64,000 nt of DNA, taken from NCBI GenBank assembly GCA_010015805.1, contig ML978125.1, positions 1,798,001 through 1,862,000 on the forward strand, given 5' to 3'. Source of the stretch: Rhizodiscina lignyota (taxonomy: Eukaryota). This document shows positions 39,587 to 49,445 of the stretch, piece after piece. The notes below the pieces were generated by a model. It had not been told where the DNA came from, made no database searches, and worked only from the letters and a program-made list of their open reading frames with translations. The translations under genes were made by a program, and so were the position numbers. Numbering within the stretch: the stretch's first letter is position 1; each line of letters begins with the position of its first letter.

Positions 39587-39627
39587 TCAATGAATACCAC
39601 GGTTCCGACCAAATCCAGGTTCCACCG
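39587..39627 (+). repeat. 41-bp perfect inverted repeat, partner at 46580-46620
   Basis: tcaatgaataccacggttccgaccaaatccaggttccaccg is the exact reverse complement of 46580-46620; the match ends sharply on both sides. Confidence 0.95.
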
Positions 39628-39872
39628 TGACTGAAAAGTTGGGCGTAGTTTTCAAAATAAAGAACCGCAATAACGGATAGCCTCTACAACTGATAAAGCG
39701 AACGAAGTTTTTAAGAGTATGCTATTCTTATATACACCCTAAAGAACGTAGAACTAAGCTTGCAGAGACAGTCTCACTTCCCTTGAAGTGCAAGAGTTGC
39801 TCCCCTTAGGCGTTACAGCTTGCCCGACAGCCAACAATTTCGTCACGCTCGAGACTGGCAAGGGGACGTTTC

Positions 39873-40887
39873 TCAAACGTGTTTGGAGAAGAAAGACACC
39901 AGCAAGCTATATCCGCGATAGTACTCGACCGTTATTCTGGGGTCATTGAAGTCGGCCCTTTCGTACTCGTCAGTCCGGCTCCACAACATTGTGGAAAGAA
40001 GACTCACTTCGAAGCCATCCACCCGTGAACCTGGTCATGAAACGTCTCCAGGAAACTCCCAGCTTTTAGGTCCGCGGCAAACTTCTTCATCAACTGAATC
40101 GCATTTGCCGTCAGAAAAGGGATGATTTCATTTCTGCACGAGAGGCTTACCTCCGGATCCTCCTCACCACTAGCCAGCACGGCCATTGGAATGTTGACAT
40201 TTTTCGCATCCTCCGCAACCATCAAAGAGGGATGGCACTGTGCCGCAGCTTTGAACAGCGACGTCTCAATCGCGAGAATCGTTACGACCTGTCACGCCGT
40301 ATCGTACTCCACGGTCAGCAAATCACGAACCAGCTTCTCAAATTCCAAAAAATCAACCCACCTTCCCACCCCAACAATGCCCCATAATCCCCCAGTCCGT
40401 CAGCCCAGGATTTTTTTCCTTGAGCTCTCTCACCAGGTTCGGAATCTGGTTTATCGTCTTCTCCGGCTTTGCCGGCCCATCAAAGTATGCCATGATGTAC
40501 GCGTGCTTCTCGGGCGTATCGGGCGGATACATTGCCAGGTCGGCTGCGCCGTCGCCGAACCAGTCGGGCATGAAGACGCGGAATTCATGCTTTGGATCGG
40601 CGTACGCGAGGATGTCGGCCCCCTGGATCGTCTGCGGGTACAGCCCGAAGATGTCGTAGATGAGGAGGATGGCCTTTGTGGCGGTTGCAGGGCCTGTTTG
40701 GTCTGTATGTTCTTAGTTAGAAAAGAGGGTATTGGAAGAAATTTATGAGATCTGGTCCAAGAAGCGAGCACAAAGAACGGTACGAACAAGTTTTGAGACC
40801 GGCATATTCGACGTATGTCCCTTTTGGCTCGTAGGATTTTACCTCAACGGGACCACGAGCGCAGCAGGCTGGGCTTGGTTCTGCCAT
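39873..40887 (-). CDS. Dienelactone hydrolase family protein, multi-exon
   Basis: MAEPSPACCARGP, AILLIYDIFGLYPQTIQGADIL, MPDWF, GIMGHCWGGK (Cys nucleophile), HPS, QVHGWMA. Confidence 0.92.
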
Positions 40888-41283
40888 GCTGATTGATACT
40901 ATGGATAGTATTTAGTCAGTTCGATGTTGTTAGAAGAAATCAAGTTTGATTAGTTCGTGCCGTGAAGGAAGGGAAGAGGAAGCCGAAGGACCCTGAAAAT
41001 GAAATTCAATGGAGCTATATACTTGACCACTATTTCGCCATATGATGTATTCCGATGTTGTCGTCCCTGTTCAAGACTTCAGTAATCAATATTGCGGGTG
41101 AAGCATGGGAGCGGCCTTTGCGGGATTGCGGCCGATTTGCCGCAATGTCGATCACTTTTATTAGAGGATCCAGCCCAACCCTATGTGAATCAACCTCACC
41201 CCCTCAACTCCAAAGACAAATTTCACGTCTGCGATGTCTATTTGCCCGTTGACTACAGGATTGTGACACCCTACATACTCTCA

Positions 41284-43209
41284 ATGCCGGCAAATGAAAA
41301 ACGTTCATCGCTTGCCTGCGCCTCTTGCAACTCCAAAAAGCGGAAGTGCGACAAGAAGCTACCCCGATGCTCTCTGTGCGACAGGTCAGTTACGAGTGCC
41401 AAGTTCTGCACATTCAGAGAGATACAGAAGGCCTAATACTATAACAGAAAGAAGTGGAAATGCAACTATGTTCGGTGAATCAGCTGCCCTTTCCGTATCT
41501 ATTCAATATGTCGCGTAGAAGGCTTATCCAAGTTGGACAGCTCTATCCCCGCGAGATACAGAGAAAACCAACCGTCCGACGACATCAAGACTCCGGATCG
41601 GCATCATGTTCAATCTTCGCACTTTGAAGCCGTCTACTTTCTCGATTCAAGCGTCTATTCTCAATCAAACGTTCAGCTTCCTCCAGCCGCAGCCTCCGTC
41701 CCCGTGCCTTCAATCATCGCCAGCACTGTAGGCGATTTCGTGGACGTTCGAGCAGTTGCAGATCCATACTTCGTATCTATCCACTGCTGGCTGCCGTTTA
41801 TATCCAAGAAGCGGTTCTATGAGCATCTGAACCCTTTATCACGGCCAACGCCTGACCGTCTGTTACTCTTCTTCTCTATGAGGCTGGTGCTTGATCCTCC
41901 TCCAATGGGTGAAGATCCCAAAACGTCCTCGTATCTGGCCGCCAAGTATTTACTTGTCGATCTTGAGGCTGCTGGGATTCCAACTGTAGAGACCCTTCAG
42001 GCTCTGATGCTGATAACGCTCTACGAAATCGGCCATGCTATCTATCCGGCGGCTTACATGTCTGTGAGCTTATGCGCAAGGATGGCAATCGCGCTGGGTA
42101 TGGACAAAGTGACGTTAGCTTCGTGTACTGAAATGCATGTACTTGAGTTTGAGAAGAGGAAGCGAATGTGGTGGACTGCTCTGTTGCTCGATCGGTATGG
42201 TGACCTATTCCTTCAACTCTCGTTTCACTTATTCACCCTCCCTCACATTTGTCCAATTTACCCTTTCCACTTATTTACTCTAGTGAAAGATCGATAAAAA
42301 ATGCATCTGCTAACTACCTATGATCACTGTCTTCAGCTATGTCAGTATCGGCTGTCCCGGTCGTCAACTTGCAACCAAAGGCCCAAAGCTGGACGATCCG
42401 CTTCCGGATGATGATAACTGGGATGCTTCTGTTCGGGTGCGTTTGAACTCCTTAATATATACAGGGAATTCTGACTATATTCCAGACACCTGCCGTTCAT
42501 AACCCGATGACTTTGGCTTCCGACTTGGAAATAAAAGTGTGCCCATTTGCTCGACTAGCGCAAGCAACCAATCTACTCGAACTCGTACTGAGCCACGTGG
42601 CCAGCGGAGGTGCGGATCCAAAGTATAGCGAAGAGGAGGTCTTACAGTTATCAAAGACGCTTATCGCCTTAGCAAAGCTCGCAGAGAGCGAGATGAATAA
42701 CTCAACCTCACCAGCCAATTGTTCGACTCAATCACTTTGCCGAAGGTAATACACCTCATCAACCGCATAGTAGTGGAGAAAACTAACCTTCACAGTGCAT
42801 TGTATGTCCTTCACCAGCACTACTTATCTGAATCCGAAAAAGATGCCGCAATGTCGCCAACCTATTGCGAACACGCGGAGAGATGCCTAGTAGAGTGTTC
42901 CGAGGATACTCTATCACACCTGCGCTCCCTCTTGAAGAATGACACGAACGGCCCAAATATGGTTCCACTATTGTCATTACCTTCTTTGTATCAAGCGGCT
43001 GTCGTTCAGACTCGACTATTCAGGAAGAGTGAAGATGAAGATATTCAGAAATCAGTAGGCTTTTTGAAGGCTACCTTGAAGGCTAAGCGTCAACAATGGA
43101 GGGTTGCAGGTAATGCTGTGCGTTGCTTCGAGTGATGCATTGACTGACAAACTGTGTAGAGACGTATTTACGAATGCTCGAGGCCCGAGAAGTTATGGAA
43201 TTCTTATAA
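41284..43209 (+). CDS. Zn2Cys6 transcription factor with a Fungal_trans domain, multi-exon
   Basis: LACASCNSKKRKCDKKLPRCSLC; YFVSIHCWLPFISKKRF; LQALMLITLYEIGHAIYPAAY; KRKRMWWTALLLDR; PFARLAQA. Confidence 0.9.
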
Positions 43210-43269
43210 CATTTTCGAGACATGTACAGACGTCGACGTGGTATACCACCACTTGAGTAGGATAATGCC

Positions 43270-44180
43270 GATATTGCGATGTAAAGACGAAGGAGGCGGA
43301 GAAGCGGAGAAGCAAAGCCGAGGGAGCTGAAGTCGTTCGAGTTGAGAGGACTTCATCGAAAGGTTGCCAGAGGTCGTCGACGGTCTTTAGGCATCCCAAT
43401 CGATACCAATTTGTAACCTCTATTCGCCTGCCCCACCTTGTTCAGATTCTCCTGGCATGATTTGCTGCCCCGGTGCTCTGGAATTCGATACGGCTTTATT
43501 CTCGCCCTACACGCGGAACAAGGCGCGAACTTCGCTAGCCTCTCAGCACGAGTCTTGTGCATCTTTCAATTGATGTGGCGGCTCCACTTGTGGTTCACAC
43601 TGGGCATCCAAGTTCCACAAGGGGCGCAAAACCTCAAGATGTCTCGTGGCGTGTTTGTTGCAACGCGTTCGGCGGCGGCGTTAAAATTTCTGGCACGCCT
43701 CTCCGCGATATAGTCTTGATCATTTTTGAGCTCGTTGTGGTAGCGGTCCCGTCCTTTTTCGAGCTCCTTTTCCCTGAAGCCGTTGTCGAGGTCCCACCAC
43801 TTCTCCTTCAAGGCAACCCTCTTCTTATCTCGGTACCCATTGACGTTGTTGTCCAATCGGTGCTGTACAGCAGCTCTTGCTCGATCAGTGTGGCCATTCG
43901 TATTCTGGTACTGTTGATTTTATGCAGCTCCTACCCGATCGCGCCATCCGTTGATGTTGTTCCGGTATGCTCGGTTTGCCAATTCAGGCCGTACTTCTTC
44001 CTGGCCGCGCTCTTCTTGTGCTGACGCTTCTCTTCGCCAACTTGTGTGAATATGTGTAGGAGCAACCGCTTAATGGTATAGGCTGGATCCCTGAGGGTTG
44101 ACGGTTGCTACGCGTGATTCCACTCCTCTAGATTCAGAAATTTTCTGGAAATGTATTTAATCAGCTCGAATGCCCTCTAC
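43270..44180 (-). pseudogene. Copy 3 of the unassigned family; internally deleted, with premature stops
   Basis: KFLNLEEWNHA*QPSTLRDPAYTIKRLLLHIFTQVGEEKRQ joins directly to the repeat region (NNVNGYRDK...WWDLDNGFREK), then TPRDILRFCAPCGTW..KWSRHIN*KMH and PCSACRAR...EHRGSKSC. Confidence 0.85.
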
Positions 44181-44300
44181 TCTCCGGGCCTCTGCATCCT
44201 TCAATTCACATGCTTTACAGCTTATATCACGAACAGTTCACTGTTTTGCTTATATATACATGATACTTGTTCGATAGCAAATGCTATGGAGAGAGCAAGT

Positions 44301-44490
44301 AAAACGCTTCTAATGGCCTACCATCCATAGATAGGAAGAATAAAGATCCCATTAGCAAAATCAGGCAAGGCTCGTGCTAGAGGATAGTATCAACATAAAT
44401 AAAGCGCTTCTGATGACCCATCACCCATAGATGGTAAGAAGCATCCTATCAGCAAAATCTGGCAAGGCCCGCCACAGAGACAAAATATAC
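44301..44490. repeat. Two diverged tandem copies of a ~100-bp unit between family copies 2 and 3
   Basis: aaa.cgcttct.atg.cc...ccatagat...agcaaaatc.ggcaaggc begins at both 44301 and 44401. Confidence 0.8.
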
Positions 44491-44494
44491 CACC

Positions 44495-44670
44495 GCAGAA
44501 ACCGAAGAAGTAAAATCCGAGAGAGTAGAAGAGCCGAAGTGCTCCGAAGTAAAAAGACTGCCGAAGGGTTACGAACTGTTATCTCTAAGTATGCTGACGT
44601 TGCGACGTGAGAGGATGACGGAGGCGGAAACCGAAGAAGTAAAATCCGAGAGAGCAGAAGAGTCGAAGTG
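44495..44670. repeat. 47-bp direct repeat (44495-44541 and 44624-44670), 44/47 identical
   Basis: gc[a/g]gaaaccgaagaagtaaaatccgagagag[t/c]agaagag[c/t]cgaagtg. Confidence 0.9.
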
Positions 44671-44695
44671 TAAGATCGAGAATACGCTATTGTGT

Positions 44696-46490
44696 TCAAG
44701 CATCACAAGCATCATCGATCTTGTGGCCATTGCTTGCTTGGACCGCTTTATTCTGGATCAGCTTGCACGTCTTGGTGCCTTCATGTGCCTTCATGCCGGC
44801 CCGCGGCATCCTCGCTCCGCACGACTTGCAAGGGATGTAGTCTTGCGGCTTTTTGACACGCTCGGTATGCATCTTTGAATCCGTGTGTCTGGTCCACTTA
44901 TTCGCCGTCCTGATCGTCCAAATCCCATAGGGAGCACAGAATCTTAAGGCGTCTCGTGGTGTATTAGTTCGAAGGCGTTTGGCGACTTCTTCATCGCGTT
45001 TCTCCTTCCGCTTTGCGAGCCATTCTTCGTCGTTCTTCAAGACCTCCTCGTAGCGTTCGTGTTCGCGAGCCTTGTGCTTGTCGGGGGCACCATTCACATT
45101 GTTGTGGTAGCGGTTGCTAGCATAAGCGAATTGCTGATCCCGGAAGCCATTGACGTTGTTGTGGTAGCGGTTGAATTGATAAGACCTCGTCGTATCGCAG
45201 GCCCCATCCACATTGTCCTGGTAGCGGTCGCGTGCATAAACCAATAGCCGATCCCGAAAGCCATTGACGTTGTTCTGGTAGCGGTTCAGTTGAAAAGCTC
45301 TCTCCCTATCACGCCAGCCATTGACATTATTCTGGTACGCGTTCTTCTTCCACCGGTTTTGGTAGGCCCGTTTCTCGGCCCAGGTCTGCTTCGGGCGTCG
45401 TGGACGCTTCACTGCAATCTGTCGCTCGACCACAGGGACCTATTTCTTTTCCTTCTTCCTGCCCCCTTGAAGCAGCCAATCGGTCTCGCACGCGATCCCA
45501 AGTGAATCGGCAATTGTATTTAAAAGCTTGATATTGCGATCAAACTCTTTACTTCTCGCGTTTTACCAGGCGATGCAAATGCGAGTTCCTGAGCCACCAC
45601 TCCCGCATCCCGATGCCAGCGTGGTAGCCGTATACGATTATTACTTTCAATCCATTTCGAATAGCTAGCTCTAAGAACATTTCTCTGAACCACTGTAGGA
45701 TCGGCATAAACGGCGAGTCTCGGTACATCGCGTCACCCTTAATTCGACGGCCTTTCGCTGTCAAATACCAGAATTTCATTGAAATGAAATCCACAACAGC
45801 CTGGCGCTTGTCCTTGCCAACTTGAGTGAATATGCGTAGGAACCGCTTGATAGTATAGGCCGGATCCTCCAGGATTGATGGTTGCCACGCCCGATTCCAT
45901 TCCCCTCGGTTTGGAAATTTCCCGGAGACATGGAACATATGCAAGGCGTCGAAGCCTTTAGGAGGGGTGTAAGCCTTCACGATGTCGCCGATGGGCGAGT
46001 GTTGGGATGATGCCGCCGTCTCTGGTAAAAGCGCGAGCATGCGTCGCTCGAGTTCTTCGTACAGTGCGGAGAATGGGTCTGGCTGTGCCATGAACTCATC
46101 GACTGAAATCTGAGGCTCCATGCTTCGTGCTTCATCGGTGTTGTCCAGAGCCATCTCGTCATCATCCTGCTGTTCCAGCCACAAATGCTCCATGCTTGGC
46201 GGTTCATCGCCGAAGGGATCATCATCTTCATCAAGTGTATTTCCGCCGACTGCACCGTCTTCGAGTTCACTGGCTTCGAGTTCATCAGCTTCGAGTTCAT
46301 CAGCTTCAGGTTCATCGGCTTCAGGTTCATCGGCTTCGAGTTCATCGGCTTCGAGTTCATCGGCGTCACTGCAGACAGACTCCAGATCCTCGCACTCAGA
46401 GGCTTCTTCGGGCAAGGGCTCGGTGTGGGTGAAATCGATGGAAGCCTCCTGAGCTGTGCGAGTCGAAGACTCTGCTTCCATTGTGCTCAT
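44696..46490 (-). CDS. Copy 2 (most complete) of the unassigned family: acidic N-terminus, putative UDG-like domain, five 19-aa repeats, two zinc fingers; either spliced or frameshifted between its two ORFs
   Basis: ORFs 45549-46490 (313 aa) and 44696-45433 (245 aa) are collinear with copies 1 and 3. A GT..AG gap at 45440-45566 would join them in frame (555 aa). Confidence 0.6.
46260..46364 (-). repeat. Seven tandem 15-bp units encoding ADELE/ADEPE
   Basis: ttc[ga/ag]gttca[t/c][c/t][a/g]gc repeated 7 times within the acidic N-terminus of copy 2. Confidence 0.95.
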
Positions 46491-46543
46491 AGTAAGATAA
46501 GGTATTGAAAGATCGCGTGAATGTTGAAAAGATGGAGTGCAGT

Positions 46544-48943
46544 TCAGAGAGTACAGAGTGCAGTTGGGAGTATGGTGTGCGGTGGAACCTGGATTTGGTC
46601 GGAACCGTGGTATTCATTGAGGAGCTCCTTAACCCTGTACTCGGTGCTCCAGCCAGTATCTAATTGTATGTCCCGAAGCAGCTGGATCACCGGTTTTCGT
46701 TCCTGGCCTCCCTCTAAGCATTGTCCTGCTAGATAGAGTGGTTGGATCAAGTTAATGCGAGCTGCGGCATGAGGTCGCCCATTTGCGATTCCGCAAATTT
46801 CGCGGCAGTCGGCTTCGACGTTCTTCATAAGATCCCGATATTCGCGCAGCTGGATTATAGGATTGCCGTGTGGACGATTTGGTCGATTCAAAAGTATCAG
46901 GACATTGGCAAAGTGGTAGTGGGCCATCATGGCGGCATGGTCCGGCCGGCTGAAGATAAGCTCAGGGAAAACCGAGTCTGGTGCCATGAAGAGGGAGCTG
47001 AATTAACTTGATGTATCAAGCCTGCCATAAGGTTCAAAGGTTGACGGAAGTTGGCTCCGCCATTCTCCCAAAAGCGTTGATAGTCGAGCCCACTCCGATG
47101 ACATTGAGCCTTGCACATCTTGGTTAGGACCGGTGAATCCAGATGCCGAACTCTCTCTTCGACTAACAGCTAAAAGGCTCACAACAGATGATAAGATCCA
47201 TATGAGGCTCCTTGAAAACAGAACAGATTGCTCGAGAGCCTTCAGTCCGCGAGTTTTGCAGTTGTGCAGAGCGATTAGGCTGAATGCTCCGCTCCCATCA
47301 AATGCAAGTCCAGCCGCTTGCCATAACTGGGTATCGTCAGGAGAGATGTGAGTTGTCGTTCTGCGAATAAACGCGGTGAGGTAATCCTGGCGGGCAAAAT
47401 TCCAAAAGCATGCGTGCTGTGATTCACAGAAAGTCGGGAGCAGTACAGACGCATCGCTGTCATTCGGGTACCTTCCCTTAAGCGTCTCTCTTAGAGCTTG
47501 TAATATACCAGATATCCGTCTGGGACTTGTAAGCAAATCTCAGTCCTCGAGTCTTGGAGAGGCAATTGCGCAGGAGATATCGCGAGTCCTCGATGTCAGT
47601 GAAGAGTTAAAAGGGGAGAACATACTGGAAGTAATGCCTATCGGATGAATCGAGACTCTCATATATATGGAGGATAGACGTAGCGATAAGAACATAATCG
47701 GAAACTTCAGATGCAGATCCGGAGAATAGTTGGCCGCTTCGTACAGCCTGATCTAAACGGCTGCGTTCATCTCGTCCAAGTGTACGGTGATCGGCATGAG
47801 GCTGGAAAACCTCATATAGGGGGAGCAATTCTTTCAGGTTTTCCAAAGCTTGGTGATAATAGTTAGCCGCTTTATAAGACCAGTTTACATCCACCGAGTT
47901 GGGATAGATTTCGGATGATGCTGGAACTCTGCACAAGCCGCCTCCGCTAATTGCTCTGATTCCACCCACAAGTCCCAGCTGCTTCGCGGCAACCGCAATA
48001 GCTGCATATTTTATCGCCGCATGGTTACATGAAGCAGTCAGAACACAGGATCCGAACAAAGTCCCAGGGCTAAATAGATCAACCCTGTCCATAGTTAGCG
48101 TATTGCAGAGTACAACATTAGCTATGGAAACATACCATGGTGCAATGTTGTCGGCGAAATGGCGAAGTAGAAAGAGAATCCCTTGTTCTGATTCAAGCAT
48201 GAACTCAGAAAAGAACTCATGGAATGAGGTATCGATGTTGCTACCAATTAGACTTGTGGTGCTCACATCGCTCCCTGTTAGGCGGAACGACCTGGAAAGC
48301 GGACTTTGAGAGATTCCAGAGGAAGGAGCGCCTTGACTATCGGAGAGAGTAGAATCAAGTGCGTGATTTATGGGATCTGTCCCACTGTTTGTGTCGAATG
48401 TAGATGCGCCAGATGCCGTGGGCTCTTGCGTTGTCCCAGCATCCGGTCGAGCTGATTCAGTGGGTGAAGTATTGCTCGAAGGCAAACCCTGCGTAGGTGC
48501 AAGCGATGGGATTGAACTTTGGTCTTGGATGAGGGGTGCGCTTCCTGGCATAGGGACGCCAATTGACGGATTCGATGTAATTGCTGCTTTTGTAGCCGTT
48601 GCACGCCCGAGTTGAAAGGTTATCCGCTTCAGGCGATTAGCTCCATTCTACCACAGAACAAACCACACCAGCTCAAACTTACACCAGTAGAAAACCCACT
48701 GTTCGACCTCTTCTGGATTTTCTTTTGTAGCCGTGCTCCTTCATCGACAAATTTGAGGCCATCGGCATAGCCTGGGCACTCTAGCTTCAGGCTTGCACAT
48801 CGCCCACAACCGGGTCGACGTTCGTCACACTGCATGTTAATAACAAATTAATAACTTCATAGCGGTGCTGGATGAGGTCCACCAACCTTCAAATGACGGT
48901 TTCTACAGCGCTGGCAAGCCTGTAGAGAAGACGAGGCGGGCAT
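46544..48943 (-). CDS. Zn2Cys6 transcription factor (Fungal_trans_2/ArcA-like), multi-exon
   Basis: MPASSSLQACQRCRNRHLK/CDERRPGCGRCASLKLECPGY; LLRHFADNIAPW; FWNFARQDYLTAF; MAHYHFANVL; INLIQPLYLAGQCL; DTGWSTEYRVKEL. Confidence 0.9.
46580..46620 (-). repeat. 41-bp inverted-repeat partner lying inside the last codons of the TF gene
   Basis: Encodes (L)NEYHGSDQIQVPP on the minus strand; exact reverse complement of 39587-39627. Confidence 0.95.
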
Positions 48944-49445
48944 TGCCGAATGTGTTTGATACTCATCGTCCCTCTCCGACGAACCATTTTGTCTTCAGTA
49001 CATGCTAGCTTTCAATTTCCAATGAAGATTAACTTCCGTTCTTCGAGACCAGAGAGCATGACAGCATGACAGGAAGGCGCGATAATCTGCTTACTAACGT
49101 GGAGCGATTACCAAATCAGGCGTATTTCCCCTTCTGGAATATCTCTCCTTCCTTTTACGCCCGTTCCTTTGTTGAGTTTCTCAGGAAGAGCTGAACGATG
49201 CTCTCACAGACACAACAGACGAGTTGCGGCACGGTGCGAAGATCCTCCTTCTTGCGACATCATAGTTAAGTGTGAAGTTCGTATATGCAGTGTACTTGCA
49301 CTTACACCCTCAAGGGCTCGTGAAAAGAACTCCGAAAGATGCAGAGCGAGTTATGCGACTCGGCGTTCAGCTCAGATTTTCTGAACCCGACCTGAGGAAG
49401 AGTCCAGGGCAGGCAACATCGAGAGCCTGAGAGTCTCTGCACAGT

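Noticed and set aside
25017..40887. A complete tropolone or other secondary-metabolite biosynthetic cluster
   Set aside because: There is no PKS, NRPS, terpene synthase or P450 in the window; only the tailoring-type families are present.
45059..45343. 57-bp periodic repeats as a CRISPR-like array or amyloid (HET-s/RHIM-like) motif
   Set aside because: The context is eukaryotic, the units are in-frame coding with no unique spacers, and high Arg/Lys/Asp content argues against an amyloid motif.
39587..46620. A 7-kb TIR DNA transposon bounded by the 41-bp inverted repeats
   Set aside because: The repeat is host TF coding sequence, no flanking short TSD is visible and no transposase motif was found inside. 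A staggered-break inversion explains it better.
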